Under the pieces are notes generated by a model. It was not told where the DNA came from, did not search any database, and was given only the letters and a program-made list of their open reading frames with translations. From the NCBI GenBank assembly GCA_951406725.2, contig OX597814.1, positions 121,148,001 to 121,212,000 on the forward strand: DNA of 64,000 nucleotides. The letters run 5' to 3'. The position numbers and the translations under genes were made by a program. Positions 39,815-52,710 of the stretch are shown piece by piece (the stretch's first letter is position 1; each line of letters starts with the position of its first letter). Source of the stretch: Octopus vulgaris. Taxonomy: Eukaryota.

Positions 39815-39863
<49 letters not shown>

Positions 39864-39865
<2 letters not shown>

Positions 39866-40065
39866 AGAGTAAGCACATCAATGCCAAACAAGGTGGAAAA
39901 AATAGTACTCGAATACCAGAGACAGTGTAATATGTTTTATTAAAAAGCATTAAAAATATCACAAAAATTGTTACTCCGAGTTACTCAGATTCTAAAAGTA
40001 ACTCTTCGACGAACGGGAACGTGAAATTCTGAGTAACAGTTTTTGTGATATTTTTGATGCTTTTT
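39864..40065. mobile_element. Diverged copy of the 45159-45400 fold-back family
   Basis: Same leader sequence. Inverted arms 39942-39976 and 40031-40065. Degenerate core TCGACGA-acgggaacgt-GAAA-ttctgag-TA. Confidence 0.7.
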
Positions 40066-40068
40066 GAG

Positions 40069-40132
<64 letters not shown>

Positions 40133-40136
40133 GAGA

Positions 40137-40495
40137 AAGCGTTGTGTGGTGAAAAATTTGCTATACAATCACATGGTTCCGGCTTCTGCATTTGGGCAAT
40201 TTGTCTTACAAACCCGTCTTACATGTGGCTGTGTGTGTTTGTGCGCGTATGTATGTCTTTGTGTGCATGCGCGTCCGTGTATTTGTGTCTATATTTACCC
40301 CACCCACCGCTTGATGAAAGGTGTTTCTGTGTTTACACTCCTGCGATATTGTGGTTCGGCAAAAGAAACATGATAGAATAAGTACCAAAGTTTATTACCA
40401 TAAGTACTCAATTCGGTTTCGTTCGACTAAAATTCTTCAAAGCAGTGCCCTAACAGGTCTACATTTAAATGACTGAAACACTAAGCGGTAAAATA
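40137..40495 (+). mobile_element. SINE family A, diverged copy
   Basis: cacatggttccgg...ccaccgcttga...ggttcggcaaaagaaac...atagaataagtacc...aatgactgaaaca. Confidence 0.7.
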
Positions 40496-41495
40496 CATGA
40501 GCGCACACGCTTGTATGTGTGCGTATTTGTATTGGTGTGAGCATAGATAATACTTATATACACTCATATGTACGTGCGTCATTCGCACACATACACCACT
40601 CTAAGCACACAGACGAAAAATTACTCGCACACACATATGCATACATATATATGCGCATATCTATCTCTACTTAAACGTGGATGTTCTGCTAAAGCAAATC
40701 ATATTGAGATAGATACAATTAGAGAAACCTCTGAGATTGTCTTTTTTTGCAAAATGTGTCCTTGTTTGTATCGCTTGCGAGGCGATATATGCCCGCCACC
40801 GAGACTACCAGTTCACGTATATACATATACAACCATATGTTCTTGTGTGAGCTTTTTGGAACATCAGATCTCATCTGTATATTTAGCACTTTAGAATTTA
40901 GAATTTTTAAATACGTTGCACATAGTATCTCATAGCAGAATGCCGGTAGAAGTGCTTTTTCATGTTTACATACCTATTTTCATGCCCATACATATGCAAA
41001 TAATGTAATTCACGTAGCACAAGACATTCTATACCATTTTGTCTAACCATTTAGTAACGCACTCTCTCACACAGGCTTACAGACACGCTTTCACATTATA
41101 TGACATTTACATACAGAGAAAACGACAGCCATCGCATCCCTACAATACAACGCCATCAAATCTACACACTGGAATCCATCTAAACACATATATATATTCT
41201 ACTGACGCTGGCACACTTGCAAAATTACGCGTTCACATACGAAAGAGATCTCATTCCTCTGCTTCCCTTCTTTACTGACTCTCATTCTAAGACCTTCATC
41301 CGAGGTTTTTGTTCTTCGCCTTAACGTTTCGTCCTTTCCCCACAATAAATAATTTAGATACATTAGTTATATCTTATTTCGTTCCTACATGCAGTGTTTC
41401 TGTGTCTCCATCAGCCTACGTTTTCCAAAACAAAGGATAACATCTGAAATCTTACAAAAACCCAGGTAAACAAATAACATATATCTATGTGTGTG

Positions 41496-41589
<94 letters not shown>

Positions 41590-42228
41590 GGAGTGAACGC
41601 AGCACATCTACTACAGTACTGCTATGCGTATCTTCTTACAAAAAAATAATACATTTCGCATTTTATGCATAGTGTTCAGAGTGACCTTCGTAATTTCATT
41701 GAATTATGTGCATATTTTACCATAAAAAGTAAATGTTACTATCGATCTATTTATGCAGAGTAGGCACTTCCTACCTTGCCTAGCGGCACTTCTCTGGTAT
41801 ATGTATGTATGTGTGTATGTGTGTGTGCATGTGTTCAGGCCACCGTAACTTAGCGGTTCGGCCGAATAAGTAACGTAAATAGTCGGTGCGATTGCATCGA
41901 CAGAACTTTGTGGTTACACTTCAAAGACTTTAACAAGTAAAAGAATAAAATGATAAAATAAATGATAATGAATCGAAGTGTATGTGTATGTGTGTGTGTG
42001 CAAGTGTTTGTGTGTGAGTGCGTAGGAAAATCCAGTTACAGCGTTGTATAACTTCAACTCATTCTATATATGTTTCTTCTATAATCGCACGCTTACTTTC
42101 ATATCATTAACATATTATAGGTGCATGCGTGGGTAAGTGCTCAGAAGCTTGCTTCCCGGCGCCATGGGTCCGGGTTTAGTCCATAGGGTCCTTTATGCCT
42201 GTCCTATATATATAGATATGAGTGTGTG

Positions 42229-42539
42229 TGTAAAAAAATACAAACTGGGACAAGAACGCAAAACATTTAGAAGACGATACAAAAAACACGGACATTCGAA
42301 GCCTTCAATCTACAGTCAAGAACCGGATCATCCTCGCATTTTCGGCTGATTAATCTTGAGATTGCTCCGATCTGGCCAGCCCCAAAGGAAAATCTAAGCC
42401 AAGCGCATTAGATTCCTTCGAAGAAAGCTTCGAATGTATATAAAACAAGGACGAAAAAACGGACGATGTTACACGAATAAGAATACAAAAATACGTAAAA
42501 ATAATAATGATAATAATAATAATAATAATAACAAAAACA

Positions 42540-42540
<1 letters not shown>
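42229..42540 (-). mobile_element. Penelope-like short element
   Basis: 11-bp inverted repeat acattcgaagc/gcttcgaatgt encloses a structured region with GAAA...CTGTAGA on the minus strand. Flanked by microsatellites. Confidence 0.4.
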
Positions 42541-42613
<73 letters not shown>

Positions 42614-42627
42614 CTATGTATGTATAT

Positions 42628-43217
42628 ATAAAAAAGAGGTTTAAGGACTTGCTGAAGGCTTCCTTAAGAGATGCTTGCATCTCTCCTGACACATGGGAAG
42701 GCATAGCTATTGATCGTAGCAGGTGGAGAAGGATTGTGAATGAGGGGACAGCCACTTTTGAGAAATCTCGAGTTGCACATATGAAAGTAAGGAGGGATGT
42801 CAGCAAGGGCATCGCTATTACACTTCCAGATGGGAAGGGTCTTCCTCTGATGATGACATGCAGAGTCTGTGCAAGACCCTGCCTCAGTAAAGCTGGACTT
42901 AAGAGTCATCTTCGTAGTCATAAAGCGAGACAGATGAGTGACAACCTGGCCACTGGTGGTGGTGTTACACACCATACTAATCATATCTGTCAGGCATGTG
43001 AAAGAGAGTGTAATTCGGCAGGAGTACTTAAACAACATGCAAAGGTACATGGAGCCCAGCTACAACTACAACCGGCTATTACCGGTAAAGGTTTTAGTTG
43101 CCAATTCTGTACAAGACATTGTAGATCTTTGGCTGGGCTAAAAAGTCACATTCGATCACAGCACCAGTAACGGTTAAGCTTCGTGCAATGGCCATACTCG
43201 ATAACGAGGGGGCAGCC
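42628..43217 (+). mobile_element. 5'-truncated RTE-clade LINE 3' end with three C2H2 zinc fingers
   Basis: KRFKDLLK...WEGIAIDRSRWR is a typical RTE C-terminus. It is followed by three C-x2-C-x12-H-x3/4-H motifs, a short 3' UTR and a (TAA)n tail. Confidence 0.85.
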
Positions 43218-43281
<64 letters not shown>

Positions 43282-43297
43282 TAATAATGATAATAAT
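43218..43297. repeat. (TAA)n tail of the RTE LINE
   Basis: Direct reading. Confidence 0.9.
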
Positions 43298-43307
43298 ATA
43301 TATATAT

Positions 43308-43648
43308 ATAGGAAAAAAGCAACAAGAATGGATTAAAATCTCGGTACGATCGTTTCGTACGAGGACATCTTTAATAAGCTACAAAAAATGTAGTGAATAC
43401 AGATGGCTCGTACTCGTCAGCCATCTGTACGAGCCATTTGTATTCACTACATTTTTTGTAGCTTATTAAAGATGTCCTCGTACGAAACGATCGTACCGAG
43501 ATTTTAAACCATTCTTGTTGCTTTTTCCTATTTATAATCACCCCACTTGTCATATGGTTAACACCATATAGATATCCGGTGCATCCTAGTTAAGGACCAT
43601 ATTCATGTGAATTCTTTAGAATTCACTAGAATCTCAATTACTTAACCG

Positions 43649-43650
<2 letters not shown>
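43308..43650. mobile_element. Penelope-type fold-back element (about 220-bp inverted repeat plus tail)
   Basis: 43308-43413 is the reverse complement of about 43427-43531. The tail is shared with 47670-47785 and 53165-53260. Confidence 0.75.
43342..43423 (-). ncRNA. Type I hammerhead ribozyme with extended stem II
   Basis: tgg-CTGACGA-gtacgag...ctcgtac-GAAA-cgatcg-TA-ccg. Core intact, 7-bp stem II base, palindromic stem III. Confidence 0.65.
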
Positions 43651-43721
<71 letters not shown>

Positions 43722-43723
<2 letters not shown>

Positions 43724-44085
43724 AGGCGCAATGGCCCAGTGGTTAGGATAGCGGACTCGCGGTCGTAGAATCACGGTTTCGATTCCCAGACCGGGCGTTG
43801 TGAGTGTTTATTGAGCGAAAACACTTAAAACTCCACGAGGCTCCGGCAGGGATGGTGGTGATCCCTGCTGTACTCTCTCACCACAACTTTCTCTCACTCT
43901 TACTTCTTATTTCAAAGGGCCGTCCTTGTCACTCTCTGTGTCACGCTGAATATCCCCGAGAACTACGTTAAGGGTACACGTGTCTGTGGAGTGCTCAGCC
44001 ACTTACACGCTAATTTCACGAGCAGGCTGTTCCGTTGATCGGATCAACCGGAACCCTCGTCGTCGTAACCTACGGAGTGCTTCCA
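43722..44085 (+). mobile_element. tRNA-derived SINE with the family C head and an alternative tail
   Basis: Head nearly identical to the 18693-18977 copy. Sequence after about 43900 is unrelated to that copy. Confidence 0.8.
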
Positions 44086-44086
44086 T

Positions 44087-44142
<56 letters not shown>

Positions 44143-44469
44143 GCAAGAGTTATTCAAAGATATGAATAACATCGTAATTTTGAAAGTTCGAAACCTAGGT
44201 TCTACATTATCCACATCTGAGTTGTACATTTATTTAATGTTCTTCCAATTGATAAGATGAAATGTTTTTGTGTTCGCCGCCTCCTAACATTTTTGCCTGT
44301 GTATATATACAGTGAAGCTTTACTATAGCGTCGTATATTATCGACTGCTGTTTCCAGTAAATATTGGCGCATTGTTGTACTACTATCTTATTTATAGTTT
44401 AACCTGATGGTGCTTTGTTCTACTGGGAAACAATACCACTATCTTGCACTATTCAATATTCATTTTATA

Positions 44470-44585
<116 letters not shown>

Positions 44586-45093
44586 ATGTGTGTGTGTGTG
44601 TGGTAATTTCGAAGAAGATTTTCCTTAAGAAATACTTTGAATCTCTCTTCAGAAAGATACACGTATTCAGATAAACCTTATCTGAATACAAGCTGATGAT
44701 GTCTTCAGTAGAAGGATAACACACCTTCATGAAATATTTTATTGCATCAAGTGTTTACGAATTTAATATAACAACGAAGAAAACTTTTAATGAACACTTA
44801 CATATGAATATTTCCGTATCTCTTAATTCACGATTTCAGACGATTAAATTCCTCCACCATATTAAGTTTCTACTACACAATTCATAGAAATGTTTATAAT
44901 TGCTATTTTATGTTCCAATATATGGATTATTTTGTTTCAGTACTTACAGACTTTCTTAATATTTTAATACATCTGATATTCTCTTCATATTTTTGCTCGT
45001 ATAAAATCCTCGAACACTATTAATAAAACTTTTCTGTTCAATCTCCAATATGCATCAAATATTGTTAAATGCATCCCATTTGTTAAAAACACA

Positions 45094-45158
<65 letters not shown>

Positions 45159-45160
<2 letters not shown>

Positions 45161-45399
45161 GGAGTAAACACATAAATGTGAAACAAGGTGGAAAAAAGAA
45201 TACTCAAATACCAGTGGTAGAGTAATATGCTTTATTTAAAGCAGCAGAAAATTCAACAAAACCTGTTACTCTGAGTTTCCCGTTGCCCTTCATCGGACAG
45301 TTTTTGCTAGAAGTTTTTTCTAGCAAAAACTGTCCGATGAACGGCAACGGGAAACTCAGAGTAACAGGTTTTGTTGAATTTTCTGCTGCTTTAAATAAA

Positions 45400-45400
<1 letters not shown>
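45159..45400. mobile_element. Penelope-type fold-back element in (TA)n with a hammerhead-like motif
   Basis: 83-bp arms 45230-45312 and 45318-45400 with one mismatch. Motif ctgt-CCGATGA-acggcaacgg-GAAA-ctcagag-TA-acag at 45330-45367. Confidence 0.75.
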
Positions 45401-45448
<48 letters not shown>

Positions 45449-45550
45449 CTTTTTGTAAAAGTTCCTACCGATAATGGTACTCTTTCCATACCGAAACTAC
45501 TTGGTAATAATTGTTAATTTTAAAATTAATAATTATTTACCCTTATATTA

Positions 45551-45621
<71 letters not shown>

Positions 45622-45830
45622 TTTGTGTGTCTGTGTTTTTTTCCCCCACAGTAACTTGACAACCGATGCTGGTGTGTTTGCGTCCGGTTCGGTAAACAAG
45701 ACCGACAGAAAACGTACTAGATTTACAAAGAATAATCCCTGGAGTCAATTTCTCCGACTAAAACCATTTAAAGCGATGCTCCAGCATGGCCGCAATGAAA
45801 TGACTGGAACAAGTAAAACAATGAAAGAAT
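45622..45830 (+). mobile_element. SINE family A, 3' half
   Basis: cttgacaaccgatgctggtgtgtt...gctccagcatggccgca...aatgactggaacaagtaaaa. Confidence 0.8.
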
Positions 45831-45859
45831 TATATGTATGCGATTGTGTGCGTGTGTGC

Positions 45860-45926
<67 letters not shown>

Positions 45927-46427
45927 TGTGTGTGTGGTAATTTCGAAGAAGATTTTCCTTAAGAAATACTTTGAATCTCTCTTCAGAAAGATACACGTAT
46001 TCAGATAAACCTTATCTGAATACAAGCTGATGATGTCTTCAGTAGAAGGATAACACACCTTCATGAAATATTTTATTGCATCAAGTGTTTACGAATTTAA
46101 TATAACAACGAAGAAAACTTTTAATGAACACTTACATATGAATATTTCCGTATCTCTTAATTCACGATTTCAGACGATTAAATTCCTCCACCATATTAAG
46201 TTTCTACTACACAATTCATAGAAATGTTTATAATTGCTATTTTATGTTCCAATATATGGATTATTTTGTTTCAGTACTTACAGACTTTCTTAATATTTTA
46301 ATACATCTGATATTCTCTTCATATTTTTGCTCGTATAAAATCCTCGAACACTATTAATAAAACTTTTCTGTTCAATCTCCAATATGCATCAAATATTGTT
46401 AAATGCATCCCATTTGTTAAAAACACA

Positions 46428-46490
<63 letters not shown>

Positions 46491-46492
<2 letters not shown>

Positions 46493-46731
46493 GGAGTAAA
46501 CACATAAATGTGAAACAAGGTGGAAAAAAGAATACTCAAATACCAGTGGTAGAGTAATATGCTTTATTTAAAGCAGCAGAAAATTCAACAAAACCTGTTA
46601 CTCTGAGTTTCCCGTTGCCCTTCATCGGACAGTTTTTGCTAGAAGTTTTTTCTAGCAAAAACTGTCCGATGAACGGCAACGGGAAACTCAGAGTAACAGG
46701 TTTTGTTGAATTTTCTGCTGCTTTAAATAAA

Positions 46732-46732
<1 letters not shown>
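46491..46732. mobile_element. Duplicate of the 45159-45400 fold-back element
   Basis: Same sequence within the tandem duplication. Confidence 0.75.
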
Positions 46733-46780
<48 letters not shown>

Positions 46781-46882
46781 CTTTTTGTAAAAGTTCCTAC
46801 CGATAATGGTACTCTTTCCATACCGAAACTACTTGGTAATAATTGTTAATTTTAAAATTAATAATTATTTACCCTTATATTA

Positions 46883-46951
<69 letters not shown>

Positions 46952-47577
46952 TGGAAAGTATTGGGTCGACAGAACGATATGTAAATAGTAAAAGCGAAAC
47001 AATTTGTTAGCCTAGTTCTTATTTAATCGGATTATTTTGCTGAACCGCTACGCTACGGAGACGTAAGCGTACAAGCATCGGTTGTCAAACGATGCTGGGG
47101 TTGGTACAAACACAGCGCACAAACACACAGAGAAAGAAACACACACATACCTATTTACAAACGCCAGAACGGAAGCGAGCAAGTCAAATGAAAAGATACA
47201 AAAATACAGATTAATAATAGACTAGTCTTTGCTATTAACATTTACGCAAATTAAGTAAATGTCCGTAGCTCTTCAGTATGATCGTTATTGTAAATATAAA
47301 TGCAGAACTATACACGGAACGTCCGCATGAGATTGAACATTTATACAATTCTACCAATTACACTTAGGGTTACCTTTCAAAGGTCTCCGTATTGTAGCTA
47401 CGGACACACAATCCTTTACAAGATATGGCCCCCAAAAACGTCATATATTACTTAGAAGTTTAGTATATTCTTAGCTACATTGATGGTAACATGGACTCTT
47501 TCTGTTTTCTTGCTCTATTAGAGCATTTGAATAAAATTGTATTAACGTGCCCAACTGATTAAAAATTATATTTATTT

Positions 47578-47665
47578 ATGCAGCTGAGGATAGATTTGCA
47601 TTTATTGTGATGTAATGAATGCATTGTTAAATTAAATGGAGCCGCTTGAAACGGTCGTACTGCAT
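47578..47665 (+). ncRNA. Hammerhead-like motif in a Penelope-type element
   Basis: atgcag-CTGAGGA-(long stem II region)-GAAA-cggtcg-TA-ctgcat. 6-bp stem I, imperfect stem II base. Confidence 0.55.
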
Positions 47666-48523
47666 CACCACTTGCTATTCTGGTGGTTATTTTGATTTAA
47701 TCACCTGACTTTTAGTTGCACGGATAATACCGCACTGATTTGGTGCTTCAACTTAAGTACCTAATTCATCTGAATCTCAATTATGCATACACACACACAC
47801 ACACATATATATATATGTATGTATGCATGTATGTATGTATGTATGTATGTATGTATGTATGTATGTATGTATGTATGTATGTATATGAGTATTCCTGATC
47901 GTGTGTGTGTATGTATACATAGACTGTGGTTGACAATTGAAATAAGAATAAAAAATATTGAAGATGAATAAGGAAAATTTTAAATTATAAAGTATAATTT
48001 CTATATTATTGTTCGTGTTATTTATTGTTCAAGGTAGAAGTGAATCTGATGGATCGAATTACATGAAACGTGAGTTAGTGCAGCAGAAATAAATCCATAT
48101 ATTGAGACATGGAATTTCAATTATAAAACTTCACGTGTATAGATACAGAAAATGAAATAAATATTAAAGTATCTTGAGATATTATGTGTATGAACAATAT
48201 TTTCGCTTTTTTTGTTTGCTTCTGAATCGGTTAAATCTGAAGATGCGTTATATTGTTCAGCAGAGATGAATATTTCATCTCCAGTGAGGAAGATCTCAAA
48301 TCCCTTCTGTTCAGAAATGGATGAAAGGGATTTTAGTATACAAAATTGTGGCTTTAAATGCATTGTCCTACATGTAAAACTTACTCGCTATTTCCATATT
48401 GTGATGTCATCTAAGACACAGAAGCAAACTTATAATATGCGATACTTAATATAAGTTTATGCTTTCGTATTTTACGAAACTCATTGGCCGCTAATAATAT
48501 TTGATTGTATAGTGGCCCACAAA

Positions 48524-48600
48524 CAGTGGCTCCCAAACTGGGTGATACTGCTTTCCTGGGGCTAGTGGAAAGATCCCGGGGAGGGATGCACATTGTGGCC
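48524..48600 (+). mobile_element. hAT (Charlie-like) terminal fragment
   Basis: Begins cagtggctcccaaactg, resembling Charlie-type TIRs. Only one end is seen. Confidence 0.45.
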
Positions 48601-48649
48601 ATAATGTGATTGCCAAAATGAGGCGATGCATATATAAAGAACAATTAAA

Positions 48650-49130
48650 TAGCCGGCCGACAACACGTTTTTCTGCAAAATAGGGGTACTTATTCTGTTC
48701 AGGCTATATTACTAGCATTATCCTACGTTTGAGAACTTAAAATCACTTCTTTAACTTTCTAAGACATCTCAACGCTTCTAAAGCAAACTTCGTTTGTTTG
48801 TTTACGACCATCGTAATTTGAAATTAACGTATGATAGCGTCTCATAAAGCGAGATTTCAATATATCTTTAATTTGTGGTGTAGGTGGTTTAGCTTCATTG
48901 GTTCAGAGCACCCCAACGCATATTCACGGAGATGTGAGTTCATGTTTCGTAGCCGTCCGCCAACACTTTTTTCTGTAAAATAGGGGTAGCTTATCCTGTT
49001 CAGGCTATATTATTAGCATTATCCTGCGTTTGAGAATTTAAAATCACTTCTTTAACTTTCTAAGACATCTCAACGCTTCTAAACCAAACTTCGTTTGTTT
49101 GTTTACGTTCATCGTAATTTGAATTTAACA
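48650..49130 (+). repeat. About 180-bp direct repeat (period 300) with a tRNA-like segment before the second copy
   Basis: 48650-48829 is similar to 48950-49129. tRNA-like sequence at 48883-48962. Confidence 0.8.
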
Positions 49131-49229
49131 ATTAAATAAATTTGTCTTCAACTTCATTAGGTTACTGATGTTTCTGATAAAACGTGCAATGCTCTCATAG
49201 TTTCCGACTCGTAAACCATCCTAAGGATG

Positions 49230-49735
49230 ATCTCTATAACTTAAAGCCAGTTATAGAGATTATCTTAAACATCCATTGCAGATAGTTTTGCCATGAGCAT
49301 TTGTGGGGCACAAACAGACTGATGGAATCTACCCATCAGTAACTCCACCAACATCAGTAACTCTGGTGATATCCTCAAGGAACTCGATGAGTTGGCTACA
49401 GCAGCTGGAATTATAAATCCATATTGTGAAGATTGCATAAGGCTGTAAGAGCTCTAGAAGTTTCAGATTGTTACTCTGACACATGGCTCCGTTATTTTGG
49501 GGATGCAGCTAGTAACTGGACTGTAGTTGACAGCTGATGTGCGATCACCTTTTTTGAACAGGGGAACGACACTGGTAATTTTCCACTTGCTCTGGAGTGA
49601 CACAGTTATTAAGGCAGAATTGAAAGAAGAATGAAAGCCTGAGCAAAAGAAAGAACCCGCCATGTAAGAAGCAATTATGTAACACCATCAAGACCAGGAG
49701 AGACATAGCTGCGCTTACTTTTGGGGTTGCGTCGA
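49230..49735 (-). mobile_element. Degraded CR1/L2-type LINE RT fragment
   Basis: Relics SPGLDGV and WKITSVVPLFKKGDRTSAVNYSPVTSCIPK. Confidence 0.75.
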
Positions 49736-49744
49736 AGCATTGTG

Positions 49745-49850
49745 GTTGCGAATTTGATTACATCGACTTCAGGGTTCAACTGCTGCTTATTTTATCGACC
49801 ATGGAATGATGAAAGGAAAAGTTGATCTCCGTAAAATTTGAACTCAGAAC
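49745..49850 (-). mobile_element. SINE family B fragment
   Basis: ttacatcgac...ttttatcgacc...gatgaaaggaaaagttga...aatttgaactcagaac. Confidence 0.7.
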
Positions 49851-50527
49851 TTCATGAAACCTTTCATTTATTTCACTTTGCTAAAACATGGATCTTCATT
49901 AATAATTCTCTATTCAAATTCTCTCTGTTTACGTGTATGTATGTGTGTGTCTATGTGTATGTAATTAAAATTATAGATTTTATTAGTCTTTTAAAACATA
50001 TTCCATGAGTTTCTGTTGCAGTGTAAGTATTAGATCATTGAAACTAATGATAGTGAAACAGTTCTTGTGTAAACAAGGTACGCAGTGATTTATAGAAATG
50101 TACCGTAAGCTCTTCAACTTCAAAACGTTTAAAACAAAAGCCCATTGTTTCTGTTTGCTGTCAATATAATCTTCCGAACTTACAAGAACACGGCAACAAA
50201 ACATGATAACCCTAAACGGCGTACAACTTCCGATCCTCTTCCTTTTTCTTTGGAATCTGTTTACTTTTAGGACTTCGAATTAATCGATTATTGCCATAAC
50301 ATTGCAAAGATGAGATGAAATACTATTAAGCATTAGCACACCATTCTATTATTTCAGCTTTGATTCTACCACTGGCCCTAAGTTTATGTACACACACGCA
50401 CGTACTTACAGATTACCTCCACAAATAAGTAGACAGCGTGTAAATAAGACACGCACAAATATAAAATGAATATTTATAAATTATAAGAGAACAATAACAC
50501 GTGAAAATGATCATTTGTCTTTCTATC

Positions 50528-50737
<210 letters not shown>

Positions 50738-51813
50738 GAGGGAATATTATTCCAAACTTACTGGGAAAAATTCTACCAAATATATACCTTTTATTTATTA
50801 TTTTGCACATTATTTAATCATTGTTATTTGTTTTATCTTATATTTAATTTTTCTTTAATATGTGATTTTTTTTCTAAATGAAATAATTTAATGTTTCAAA
50901 ATTGAATTGATAGAAGGTGTTTTTTTCAAATTTATATATATATATATATGTATGTATATATGTATGTATGTATGCATGTGTGTGTATATGTGTGTGCATA
51001 CTCGTATATGTGTATCAGTGAGTGTATAGGAGTGTTTGCGCGTGTATGTGTGAGTGTGTGTGTATGCGCGTGCGTGCATATATATACTTCGACCCTCGCT
51101 TTGAAAACTAAACCTGAGTCTGCATTTATGTGAACTATGGAGCTAGAAGCTGCTGTATGCTTTCCTGCTTTCTAAGAGGAAAATTTAGGAGAAAATGACA
51201 CATACACACATACTTACATATATACATACATATATACATATATATACATGCATGCATACATACATACACATATGTGTGCGTGTGTGTTTGTGTGATTGTG
51301 TTTGGTTCATTGTGTATGTGTCTGTGTGTATGTGTGTGTGTGGAATTAATGAAAATTGGTGTGTCTGTCAATATGTATTACATGGATTACTATTGTTTCA
51401 ACAACCTAAGGTGACCAATCACACACCATGTCTCTAGGCCTTAACTTTATCGACCACTTACTCAAGTATACTGTGCCATTGTATATATGACATAACAGAA
51501 TTGTCACTTGCATCTTCAAAACCAATTGTACTAAGGAATAATGTTAGTTAATTCCAATTGTAAAATAACACTTTTCAATAAATACAAACTGTTGATCATT
51601 TTGTTTTAGCCGCTGTCAAGAGTAAGCGAAATAGATAAACCAGGTAATTCATGTGATATTAGGCAAAAAAAAAAAAGAAAATGTCACAACGTGTGTGCGC
51701 GTGCAATTTTGTGCGGGAATATTTGCGTGTTTTTGTATAAGAAAACGAAAACTTCGCAGGAACAGGTTTTAGAATACTTCGCATTATCCCAAACAGGAAA
51801 TAAATACGCACAA

Positions 51814-51927
<114 letters not shown>

Positions 51928-51990
51928 GTATATTTATGTATATGTATATATATGTATATATATGTATATATGTATATATATATATATATA

Positions 51991-52445
51991 AATTAAATTA
52001 GAGATAAAAACCACTATTAGGCAAATCAAAATATATAAAGTTTAGAATTTAAAATTAAATTACTTATTATATCATATTAAACTTTTTAATACCTTTTTGA
52101 TACACATATAAAAAAAATGAATAATCAAATAAATATAAATATTAAAAATTTTAAAGTTCAAAATTTTATAAATTTAAAATTTAAAAAATATAAAAAAATA
52201 TAAAATTTATAAAATATAAATTTTAAAAAGTTTAAATTTAAATAATTTAATTTTAAATTTTATATTTTATATATTTTGTATATTATATTAATTATATTTA
52301 TTTTTATGTTTGTTTTATGTTTTTCACTGTTTGATTTGCCTAATAGTGGTTTTATCTCTAATTTAATTTATATTTATACTGTGAAATTTGAATTTATCCT
52401 AAATCTAATTTTTCCCTGTAAGTTTGGATTTACTCCCTAATATTA
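51991..52445. mobile_element. Fold-back element with about 40-bp inverted termini around an extremely AT-rich interior
   Basis: aattaaattagagataaaaaccactattaggcaaatcaaa (51991-52030) is inverted at 52330-52368. Confidence 0.65.
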
Positions 52446-52520
52446 TATATATATATATACATATATATATTTATATATATATAATTGCCTGTATATTTTG
52501 TATATATGTATACATAAATT

Positions 52521-52563
<43 letters not shown>

Positions 52564-52660
52564 AGGTTTGGAGCTGATGTACAGGTATTATATATTAGAA
52601 GAAATGAGGTAATCAGAAGATCGGATGGTTTATATTTACAGATATTTATTTATATATTAC

Positions 52661-52710
<50 letters not shown>

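Larger units (their letters stand above)
44601..46945. repeat. Near-identical direct duplication, period about 1332 bp
   Basis: 44601-45551 recurs at 45935-46883, differing mainly in microsatellite and homopolymer lengths. Confidence 0.95.

Noticed and set aside
41285-41345. Permuted hammerhead-like string on the minus strand (GAAAcgTT...CGGATGA)
   Set aside because: Core mismatch and only 3-bp stems.
45460-45510. Hammerhead-like string CCGATAA-tggta...tacc-GAAA
   Set aside because: Two core changes and no clear stem III or cleavage triplet in this copy.
48121-48454. Overlapping 80-aa ORFs on both strands
   Set aside because: No recognisable homology and no convincing pair of splice sites.
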